NCBI RefSeq assembly: GCF_000281045.1 | Contig: NW_008246090.1 | Coordinates: 234,863 to 298,862, forward strand | Direction of reading: 5' to 3' | Length of the DNA: 64,000 nt | DNA from: Saprolegnia diclina VS20 | Taxonomy: Eukaryota | Shown here: piece after piece, positions 49,353 to 58,935 of the stretch | How positions within the stretch are numbered: position 1 is the first letter of the stretch | How the letters are laid out: every line of letters begins with the position of its first letter | Notes under the pieces: generated by a model | What the model was told of the DNA's origin: nothing | Database searches by the model: none | The model's input: the letters and a program-made list of their open reading frames with translations, nothing else | Translations under genes and position numbers: made by a program

Positions 49353-50358
49353 CCATGCGTGTCAACGGCTATTGCACACTATTTCGGTATGCAAGACAGT
49401 AGCACCTGCGCGACCATCCCTGGGCTCCTTTGGGTGCGGCACCGGATGGGTTTCGCGGTCGTCGCGCCGCCACGGAAGCTCAAGAAGCCTAGTACCCTGC
49501 GAATTGCAAACAAGAGAGGAGCTGCAAAGACCTCGCTCTCGATGCGACCAACGACGGGCGTTGCACGGTCGGCTCATGCTCTTGGGCTCTTAGGTCGGAC
49601 GCCACCACAGTGGCCGACTGCTGCTGGACCCATGCGCAGGGATGACGTACCACCTGCTTTATATTCCTGTCATGTACACGACGCAAGACGCAAGCGTGGT
49701 CGACCCCCCTCTGCACGACTGACGCGTGCCTACTTCAGCACAGAGCAGCGAGCTCGACTACATGCTGACCACGGTTGTAGTCATACAAGGGACTCGGTGC
49801 TGGCTGCTTGTACATTGTTCGGGTTGCCGCCACAGTTGCTAGAGCATCGCGGCAAGGAGCAGCTCTTCACGTGGTGTCCCATAGGCTGATCAGGGATGTG
49901 CTGGCTATTCGCTATTAATAAGGGGCTATCTTGGGCCACACAAGCTGGCCCAGGTACGACCCAAGACGACGGTGTACATGTAGTTCGTGGTGCTCATGGC
50001 CTATACTGCCACCGTGCACCAGTGATTTCTGCCCCCTTTCCGGTCTCGTTATCCGGCAGAGCGCGATCCGCCGCGCGAGTAGCTTCGCCATCGATCGCCG
50101 GCGACGGTTCGACGTGGCACGTGGTGCCAACGGCGCGATCTTTTTGAAGGACCGTACGCTCGCAGACGTGAAATAGTGTACATTCCTAAATCGTGTAGGC
50201 CAAAATCCAAAAACCTTTCCAAAAGCATATATGTTGTGAGAGGTTTCCGCTGCAACTTCAAGGTCGTCAGTTTTCTGGGACCTGCGTACGCTCGCACAAA
50301 AGGCAAAGATCGGTTCCAGCGCCATCATATTGCAACTCGCCTCGTCCTCCGCAGCACC

Positions 50359-51837
50359 ATGAGCCCCAAGCAGAACATCGCGCGCGGTATTGGCCGCCTC
50401 TCCAACATGGTCCTCTCCAAGGGCAAGGGCTCGTTCGTCTGGAACACCGAGGGCCAGAAGCTGCTCGACTTTACCTGCGGCATTGGTGTCACCAACTTGG
50501 GCCACTGCCACCCCAAGGTCACGCACGCCGTGCAGCAGCAGGCCGCCACGCTTGTCCACGGCCAAGTACGTCCTTCCTTTCCTTATCATATGTGAATGCT
50601 CATGAAATCGCACAGGTCGGCGTCGCATACCACGAGCCGATGCTCAAGTACGTCTCGTCGCTGCTGCCCGTGCTGCCCAAGACGCTCGACTCGCTTTTCT
50701 TTGCGTCCACGTACGTGCAACGACGTTGCATAGATCATGGTGCGAGTCGTCTTGCTGTCTAGTGGCGCCGAGGCGGTCGAGAACGCGGTCAAGCTCGCGC
50801 GCCAGGCCACGGGCAAGTCGAACGTGATCGTCTTCCAGGGCGGCTACCACGGCCGGTCGTTTGGCACAATGTCGCTCACGACGAGCAAGACGATCTACAG
50901 CGCCGGCTTTGGCCCGCTCTTGAGCAACATCACGACCGTGCCCTTCCCGTATGCGCTCCATAGCCCCGCCACCGACGAAGGTAGATCGACCTTGGCAATG
51001 GGCGCGCCGTTCAAACACTGTATCATGTAGAAAGCTGCGTCAACTACTGCATCGCCGAGCTCGAGCTTGCGTTCAAGCAGCGCTGCGCGCCCAAGGACAC
51101 GGCGGCGATCCTGATTGAGCCCGTCATGGGCGAGGGCGGCTACGTGCCGGTGCCCAAGGCCTTCATGCACGCGCTTCGCCGCCTCTGCGACGAGCACAAC
51201 ATCCTCCTCATCGCCGACGAGGTGCAATGTGGCTTTGGTCGCACGGGCTCGATGTTTGCGATCGACGGCCTCTACAACGTGACGCCCGACATCCTCGTCA
51301 TGGCCAAGGGCATCGCCAACGGGTACCCGCTCAGCGCGATTGCGAGCCGCCGTGAGCTCACGGACCTCCAGGTACGCTGCATGCTTGTTCGAGCGCAAAT
51401 CCAACATGTATATGATGTAGCCGCCGGGCTCGATGGGTGGCACCTACGCCGGCAACGCTGTCGCGATCGCCGCTGCCTCGGCGACCCTCGAGGTGTTCGA
51501 GGAGGAGCGCATCTTGGAGAACACGCGCGTGCGTAGCGAGCAGCTCATGCACGGCCTCGAGCGCCTCAAGGCCAAGTACCCCGTCCTGGACGTGCGCGGC
51601 GCGGGTCTCATGCTCGCGATGGAATTTGACGAGACGGCGGCGCCTGGCACGGCGGCGCGCGTGTGCCAGAGCTGCGTCGACAAGGGCATGCTCCTCCTCT
51701 CGACGAGCGTGTACGAGACGCTGCGCTTCATCCCGCCGCTCAACATCTCGGCCGACGAAGTCGCTTTGGGCCTCGACATCCTCGACGCCGCGTTGGCCGA
51801 CGTCTTTGGCGAACAGCCCATCTCCCGCGTCGCGTAG
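50359..51837 (+). CDS. Class III PLP-dependent aminotransferase (4-aminobutyrate/acetylornithine aminotransferase-like)
   Basis: LDFTCGIGVTNLGHCHP, SGAEAVENAVKLAR, GGYHGR, ILIEPVMGEGG, LIADEVQCGFGRTG, PDILVMAKGIANGYPLS (PLP lysine) and GGTYAGN. Confidence 0.92.
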
Positions 51838-52402
51838 AGCCACATAGAACTTAGATATCGTTGTCGTTTGCATTTGCATACCCTCTAAAGACTACTCCAT
51901 GGATACCAGTCTTCTTGCACCTCCACCGTACGCGCAAGTCTGCACACACGAACCCTCACGACGGCACATGGCTCGAGGGTGGTCGCTGGCATGGCCCCAC
52001 AAGAGAGCCTTCGCGCTCGACGAGCTCGAGGCGACGACGAGGCTTTGGCATCGCTCACGCCCACGACGCTCTGATGACGATCAATACACGCAATGCTCTT
52101 GCCTCGATCGCAAGCGGTCCTGGAATCCCAGCTGTGCCAGCGCGTCGCCAAAGCATCGACAGCCGCAGTGTCGGAGCTGTACGTTTGGTTGGCTTGCTGT
52201 GTATGGCGAGGTGACTCAACTGCTCGTGCTTGCACTCAGGTCCAGTGGCTCGAGCGCCTCTGGCCAAGAAGATCACGCGCCAGTGATGAACAAGACGCTT
52301 AACGTCCCAGTAGTCCACAGAGAAGCGATGCTCTGACGCTGCAAGCAAGAGACGAGAAGAAGAGTGCAACAGATTTAGATAGATTACAAGACAGGCGGCG
52401 AC

Positions 52403-54238
52403 TTAGTGGTGGAAGAGGCGGACGCCCGAGAAGGTCATCGTGATGCCGTACTCGATGCACGCCTGCTTGATCTCGTCGTCGCGGTTGCTGCCACCGGGCT
52501 GCGTGATGAACGAGACGCCGAGCTTGGCCGCGTGGTCAATACCGTCACGGAACGGGAAGAAGGCGTCCGAGGCGAGCGAGACGCCCGTGAGCTGCCCCAC
52601 AAAGGCGTCCTTCTCGGCGACGGTGAGCGGCGCGGGCACCGTCTCAAACTGCGCGTCAAAGGCCGCCTTCTCGACGGGCGCCATGTCGCCCTCGATGTAG
52701 CGGACACGCGCGTTCACACGCTCTTGGCGCTTGACCGACGGCTTGAAGGCGAGCGCGGCGACCTTGGGGTGCTGGCGGAGGTGCCACACGGCCACCTTGC
52801 GACCCGCGAGCTTGACGCAGTCGACACGGCTCTGCTGGCCGGCGCCGACACCGACCATCTGGCCGTCCTTGGCGTAGCCGACCGAGTTACTCTGCGTAAA
52901 CTTGAGCGTGATCGCAGCGAGGATGAGGTCGCGCTTGGCCGCGTCCGTGAGCGGCGCGCAGCTCGTCTGGACGTCGGCGACGTGCGAGTGGTTGAAGAGC
53001 ACGTCGTTCCGGCGCTGGGCAAACGTCATGCCGTACACCTCACGGTACTCCATAGGCGGAGGCACAAAGGCGGCGTCGGCCTCGAGCACGATGAACTTGC
53101 CGCCCTTCTTGGCCGCGAGGATCTCGAGCGCCGCGGGCTCGTAACCGGGCGCGATGATACCGTCGCTGACCTCGCGCTTGAGTACCTTGGCGGTGGCCTC
53201 GTCGACAATGTCGCTGACAGCGACGAAGTCGCCAAACGAGCTGAGCGGGTCGGCGTTGCGCGCGCGAAGGTACGCGACCGAGAGCGGCGTGAGCTCAATG
53301 TTACCCACTTCGTAGGCCGCCTTGAGCTTCTCGTCGAGGGGCACGTAGACAGCGGCACCGGCCGGCGAAACGTGCTTGAAGGACGCCGCGGCCGGGAGGT
53401 GGAGCGCCTGGCGCACTTCAGCCACGAGCTGGTACGCGTTGGCCGCATCGAGGAGGTTGATGTAGCCGGGCGTGCCGTTGAGGACCTTGAACGGCAGCTT
53501 CGAGCCCTTGATCGTCATGATGGACGCCGGGTTCTGGTGCGGGTTGCAGCCGTACTTGAGCGGAAGCGCGGGCTCATACACACGCGTGACTTCGTCCGAG
53601 GTCTGGCCGAGCTGCGCGTTGAACCACTTGGAGATCTGCGTGTCGTAGTGAGCCGAGAGCGTAAAGGCCGCCGCGGCGCAGCGCTTGCGGAACGCATGCG
53701 TCGTGCCCGTTTGGTTGGCGCTCATCTCGGCGACAAGGTCCATGTACTGCGACGGCGACGTGCAGATGACGACGCTCGCGTGGTTCTTGGCCGACGAGCG
53801 GAGCATCGACGGGCCGCCAATGTCAATGTTCTCAATGCACGTCTCAAAGTTGCCGCCCGACGCGACCGTGGCTTCGAACGCATACAGGTTGAGGACCATG
53901 AGGTCGATGTTCTTGATGCCATGCTTGGCCATGTCATCTTCGTGCTGCTTGTTGCCGCGGACGCCGAGGAGACCGCCGTGGATCTTGGGGTGGAGCGTCT
54001 TGACGCGGCCATCCATCATCTCGGGCGACTGCGTGTACTCCGAGACGTCAATGACCTGGAGGCCAGCCTCGCGCATGGCCTTGGCCGTGCCACCCGTCGA
54101 GAGGAGCTCGACGCCATGGGCCGCGAGGTACTTGGCGAGGTCGAGGAGGCCGGTCTTGTCCGAGACCGAGAGGAGCGCCCGGCGGATGGGCACGACGTCC
54201 TTCGTCGCGCTGGCAACGGCGGTGATGATGTGGGCCAT
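52403..54238 (-). CDS. purH: Bifunctional AICAR transformylase/IMP cyclohydrolase (PurH/ATIC), 611 aa, intronless
   Basis: ALLSVSDKTGL, GRVKTLHP, IDIGG, KYGCNPHQ, SFKHVSPAGAA, GAGQQSRVDC, ASDAFFPFRD and QPGGS...RLFHH. Confidence 0.97.
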   Translation of the reverse strand: MAHIITAVASATKDVVPIRRALLSVSDKTGLLDLAKYLAAHGVELLSTGGTAKAMREAGLQVIDVSEYTQSPEMMDGRVKTLHPKIHGGLLGVRGNKQHEDDMAKHGIKNIDLMVLNLYAFEATVASGGNFETCIENIDIGGPSMLRSSAKNHASVVICTSPSQYMDLVAEMSANQTGTTHAFRKRCAAAAFTLSAHYDTQISKWFNAQLGQTSDEVTRVYEPALPLKYGCNPHQNPASIMTIKGSKLPFKVLNGTPGYINLLDAANAYQLVAEVRQALHLPAAASFKHVSPAGAAVYVPLDEKLKAAYEVGNIELTPLSVAYLRARNADPLSSFGDFVAVSDIVDEATAKVLKREVSDGIIAPGYEPAALEILAAKKGGKFIVLEADAAFVPPPMEYREVYGMTFAQRRNDVLFNHSHVADVQTSCAPLTDAAKRDLILAAITLKFTQSNSVGYAKDGQMVGVGAGQQSRVDCVKLAGRKVAVWHLRQHPKVAALAFKPSVKRQERVNARVRYIEGDMAPVEKAAFDAQFETVPAPLTVAEKDAFVGQLTGVSLASDAFFPFRDGIDHAAKLGVSFITQPGGSNRDDEIKQACIEYGITMTFSGVRLFHH

Positions 54239-54253
54239 GGCGGAGGAAGAGAT

Positions 54254-54271
54254 CCAAATGGAGAATGAGTC
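54254..54271 (-). promoter_or_regulatory. Oomycete Inr+FPR core promoter element of purH
   Basis: The minus strand reads GACTCATTCTCCATTTGG, matching the oomycete YCATTYY Inr followed by a CAWTT-type FPR, about 15-30 nt before the ATG. Confidence 0.65.
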
Positions 54272-54294
54272 AACCCTCGGCGATCTTTGAGCGG

Positions 54295-54387
54295 GTATCC
54301 GGATACAACCGCCACATCTTCAACCGAACCCCGCACAACGTATGGTTCGAGCCAAGTGCCAGTCGTTTGGCGCTTTCGTATCCGGAC
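54295..54387. promoter_or_regulatory. Palindromic GTATCCGGATAC and GTATCCGGAC motifs upstream of purH
   Basis: A perfect 12-bp palindrome at 54295-54306, GTATCCGGAC at 54378-54387, and CCAAT just beyond at ~54402. Confidence 0.5.
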
Positions 54388-55142
54388 GATTAAAGTTTGA
54401 GCCAATGAGAAGCGGCGAAAATCCGATTTGGTTTCATCATCACCCGAGCGGACGCTCCGAGGATGATGTATACGAAGGCAGCGCCGATGTGCGCCCTTCG
54501 TGGACGTCTGCCGACGATCGCATGGCACCGATGACCCAGACATCAATGGATGCATGCTTCATGCCGCATGATCCTAGCCTCATGGGCCATGGGCGCCAGG
54601 GCTACGGCGCTGAAGGTGACGACGGAGCGGGTGCTGCGCGTGGTACCGGCAGCAGACATGGCAGCCACCAGCTGCCACGAGCAACGAACGCGTCGACTGG
54701 CATGTGGCAAGCGTAGGCCATGCATCGTCGAAGCGTATACAGCGCTTATGTAGGCGAACGATAGAACGATGCGCTCTTGTATTTGTCGTCGTCCATCATG
54801 GATGTGCAGTCCATCGACGATGACGCATGCAAGTTGACCCGATGACCGTGCCATTGCCGAAGGGTCTGGCGATGGCAATAATGAGCGAGGAGGATGGACG
54901 CGACGAGATGATGGCATGGCATGGCATCTGCGGGGCGTCGTTCAAGCTTCAACCTGCCGCCTATCAGGAGCAGCCCTCGTGGCAGCCCAGCTGCGTCGCG
55001 CTTGCGATGCACCGACGCATCGCCACGTCATGGAGACCCGAAAAGACAGCGTGATCAAGACAAGGAAGGTCGTTGTTTCATACTTTTCTTAAGAGAAAAC
55101 GTGCAATGGAGGTGGAGTGCCTAAATTCGACAAGCTATGTAA

Positions 55143-56540
55143 TCAATATCTTTGGCGCTGGCTGGGCAGCTTGTTCGGGTCGCTGAGATCGCCGTTCGAC
55201 GCGACGCGGGGGGCCACATATAATCTATCGTCACGATTGCCGGTGGCGTACCCGGGCTGTTGCATCTGCTGCATCTGCTGCATCTGCTGCATTTGTTGCA
55301 TCTGCTGCATCTGCTGCATTTGCTGGAGCTCGGCCGAATCCTTCGAGTCTTCCCGGACGTACAGCCGGCCCGAGTTGACGCGCATGTCTTGGCGCATCGG
55401 CTCCATGCGCGACGATCGCTGTTGCGAGTCGATGGGGTTGCCCGTCGGTGGCGCAGCCGTGGCACCCGTAGCCGGCTGCGGCGGCGCACCCGTGGCGCTG
55501 CCGCTGCCGTCCCGCTCTCTCCGGCCGTTTTGCTACAGGAAAAAATCCATGAGTAGGTGCCCATGAGCAGTGCAGCAACAACGTACCAAGTTGAGGACCG
55601 TCCAGTCGAACATCGCGTCAAACTGGAAGCCCTTGCGAAAGAAGAGCTCCTTGAAGAGGCGCTTGAGGTACGCATAGTCGGGCTTGTCGTCAAAGCGAAG
55701 GGCGCGCGTGTACTCAAAGTAGGCGCGGAACTCGGCGGGGTAGCCCTTGCAGAGCACTTCGATCGGCGTGTTCATCTTCTTCTCCATGATGCGCTCGTAC
55801 TTCTGCTTCTTCGTGTTGGCCTTGAGGCCCTGCCACGGAAGCGAGCCGCGGATGAAGTACATGAAGACGTAGCCAAGCGACTCGAGATCGTCGCGGCGCG
55901 ACTGCTCAATGCCAATGTGCGTGTTGATCGACACGTAGCGCGCCGTGCCCGTGAGGTTCTTATTCTCCCGGTACGGGATGTGCTGGTGCGTCTTGGGGTC
56001 GCGGTACTTCTTTGCGAGACCAAAATCGATCACGTGGCAGATTTGCGCACGCTTCCCGAGCCCAATGAGAAAGTTGTCGGGCTTGACATCGCGATGAATG
56101 AAGTTCTTCGAGTGGCAGTACTCGAGCCGGCAAAGGAGCTGGTCCGCAATCATGAGCACGGTTTTGAGCTGGAAGCGGCGACCGCAATAGTCAAAAAGGT
56201 TCTCGAGCGACGGGCCGAGGAGGTCAATGACCATGACGTTGTACTCGCCTTCGACGCCAAACCAGCGGATGTTCGGGATGCCCACTACACCAGCATGAGC
56301 TACGGAAGCTTCTTGCGTCGACGACGTACAGCCGCCGTTGAGGATCTTGTAGATCTTGGATTCGTAGAGAAGCTGCGGGTGCTTGCTCTTGACCGACTCG
56401 AGCTTGATCGCGACTTCTTCGCCCGACGTCATGTTGGTGCCGAGGTAGATGTCGCCAAACGAGCCGCTTCCAATCTTGCGGCCGAGGCGAAACTTCTTGC
56501 CGACGCGGAGCTCAAGGGAGCTCTCTCGTTGCGATGCCAT
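55143..56540 (-). CDS. CK1: Casein kinase 1 (delta/epsilon-like), multi-exon
   Basis: [54 protein letters not shown] and [13 protein letters not shown], followed by a low-complexity C-terminal tail. Confidence 0.96.
55257..55325 (-). repeat. Coding 9-bp repeat CA(G/A)CA(G/A)ATG encoding (QQM)x7-QQ in the CK1 tail
   Basis: Read directly from the sequence. Confidence 0.95.
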
Positions 56541-57542
56541 GCTTCCTACGGTCCGCATGAGGTCGGGTCCCGGCCTCGCCGTGGCGTACCTTGTTACAAC
56601 CGCACTTACTGACGCAGGGAGATGACCTAGACGGAAGGGTTCCATGAGCCATCCCCAGGGGCGCGGAGGATGGGACGTACGGGGGAGGAGGTCGTCGGGT
56701 GGTCTTGCGTCGTCGGGGCCTCTGAGGAGCAGGGAGGACCCAAGTACCGAAGAATGAACTGGGCAGTCTCCTGAGCAAAATGCAAACAAGCAAAGAACTT
56801 CACGAAATAAGTAACGCGTTGGCTCACGCTGCTTTTTTCCGCGCACTCAATTCCGCATACAAACCTCGAGTGAATCGCGTGAAAAAGTAAAAAAAAGCAA
56901 GGGTACGGTCGGCGCGATGGGTCAAAAAATCGGCCGCCATTTAATTCCCCACCAGCGTCCATACAAACCCCAAGCTGTTGCATGCCGCCGCCACTCCACA
57001 TACAAAGACCAAGTCGATTGGCGAGGGGCGGCGATAAAAATATCGAAAGGCGTGCCAGCTGGCCCATTATTAAATTCGCGCCACACATTTTTATAGGCCC
57101 CGATCTCGGCGTTAACGACCAACGAAATCGCTCTCTTTTTAATTGCCATGCGGCTTTCGAATTAAATGACAGGCGATTTGACAGACGCTTTGAGTTTTGC
57201 GTATTTTATTTCACGACCGGGACAGGACGCACGGCCTTTCGCAGGAGCGTCACGCCAAGGGGCACCCGACGACAGCCACGACACCAAGTGCCTTCACGCA
57301 ATCAAGAGCGTCTTCGGACGGGCAGTAGCGGCGCCGCAAAGAACTGGACGAAGATCGTAGTCGCGCCGTGCAATCTGGATCTGGCCCGGAAGAGTAGCCA
57401 CGTGCGGACAGATAGATCGAGATCGAAAGTTGAGGGCGAGCCGACCGGTTGAACTTGGCCACCTCGGTGTTGCGCACGCGCTGGCTCCAACCGACCATCA
57501 TTCGCACTCGACGACGAAAGCGCGCGCAACGTCCGACACGAA

Positions 57543-58373
57543 ATGGCTGCGCCGCTCGAGGCCATCGTTGCCGCGTACTTTGCTCCCGATCGCTTGTTGC
57601 CAGAGACCTGGGCGCGCCTGTTGAGCCTGACGCCAAGCGCAGCGACGAGCTTTTGCCAGCAACTGGTTACTGACAACGATGCCGATGGTCCCAACCCGAC
57701 ACGGTTGCCACCACTCTCGTACGTTGGCATGTGGCCAAACGCCTACTACAAGCTGCTTGCAAGGTGTCTCTGGGTGTGGCAGACAACGGGCGTCTGCCCT
57801 GTCTTGACGCAGCTGCCACCACCGGTCGATGGCGTCGTCGAGGACACGGGTCCTCGAGACCGTTTGGCGACGATTCCGTTGGCCATTGTGGAAGACCTCG
57901 GCACGACGACACGTATGGACGCATTTGTGGTGGCGATCGGAGGCGCGCGCGGCATCGTCACGCTGCTCGGAGTTCGCTGCACGGCGGGCAGTCAGGTGCT
58001 CGTCCCGCCGACGGCCGCCGTCTGCATGGACGCCTTCAACCGCAAGCATGGCGACGCAAACTCCAAGTCGAAGCTCACGATCGGCGGCCGCCAGTGGACC
58101 AAGCACGCGCAGCGCAGCTTGGACGGGTGGTGGGGTGTCAACAAAGGCTCGGAAGCCCAGAAAAACGCACTCGGCGAGGCCAAGGTCCGCGACATCATGG
58201 CGAGTATGGTCTGGATGAACACGCACGGGCTGCCGAACGGGCCCATCGTGCTCGAGATCCGGCAGAAGGACGGCTACGGTGCACGCTGGGGGTGCGTCGA
58301 CGGCGACGTGCACTTTCGCGGGTTCGTCGAGCCCTACATGGCCGACGGCCACGCCGTTGGCTGGGTGCATTGA
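57543..58373 (+). CDS. Hypothetical protein (276 aa, intronless) with the C-terminal domain of plant ASCH-domain proteins; possible toxin-like RNase fold
   Basis: LTIGGRQWTKHAQRSLDGWWG...WMNTH...VLEIRQKDGYGARW...FRGFVEPYMADGHAVGWVH resembles the recalled C-terminus of plant RNA-binding ASCH proteins (LTxGARALAKH..RS...WMNxH...FEIR...GYGARW...FIGFLEPY..DGH...WKH). Confidence 0.75.
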   Translation: MAAPLEAIVAAYFAPDRLLPETWARLLSLTPSAATSFCQQLVTDNDADGPNPTRLPPLSYVGMWPNAYYKLLARCLWVWQTTGVCPVLTQLPPPVDGVVEDTGPRDRLATIPLAIVEDLGTTTRMDAFVVAIGGARGIVTLLGVRCTAGSQVLVPPTAAVCMDAFNRKHGDANSKSKLTIGGRQWTKHAQRSLDGWWGVNKGSEAQKNALGEAKVRDIMASMVWMNTHGLPNGPIVLEIRQKDGYGARWGCVDGDVHFRGFVEPYMADGHAVGWVH

Positions 58374-58935
58374 CCGGATAAAGATTCATTTTCATTCATC
58401 CATGCACCTCATCTCGCGTTTCAAAGCTGCCAGCCGTGTGTGCCTGTATACGGACGTGGCGTCGCAGCTGTGCCACCTCGGTTGCGCTCCGTGCAGAGAA
58501 ACCCAGGCCGATCCTATCTCGGTAGCCGTCGAGAGGCGCGACGAGCCCGTCGTCAGCAGCGTGTCTCCTGATGGCGGCCGCGTCCGGCTATCCGTGTAGC
58601 TAATGCTGCGAAGCGGTAGCTCGACACGGCTCGACCGCTACGTATACAACGACGACGCTGGGGTATGCAGCGACGACGGGAACCGACGATTGCGTGTCGA
58701 GTGGAGCGCCATAGACAGAGACGCCATGTGTGGCCGCATAGGCGGGCAGAGGATGGTCGACGAGCCCACGACGTCGCGTCTGCATGCTAGCAGAGTCGTT
58801 CGAGCCTCATGAGGCAACAACGCCATGACGGGAGCTATGACGGGGCACGCCCTGGGATCTTCCTGGACCTGTAACAATGGATATTAAATTATACGAGTCG
58901 CGGTCGCATATTCGCCCCTCATCGCAAGCAAGAAA

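Noticed and set aside
51899..52336. 145-aa ORF between the aminotransferase and purH
   Set aside because: It starts only ~60 bp after the previous stop, codon bias is weak, and no family was recognised. It cannot be supported without RNA data.
52406..54268. 620-aa ORF antisense to purH (and similar long antisense ORFs over PCNA, NMD3, CK1, the AAAP transporter and CFAP46)
   Set aside because: These are shadow ORFs caused by GC3-rich codon bias. They mirror the real genes and show no recognisable motifs.
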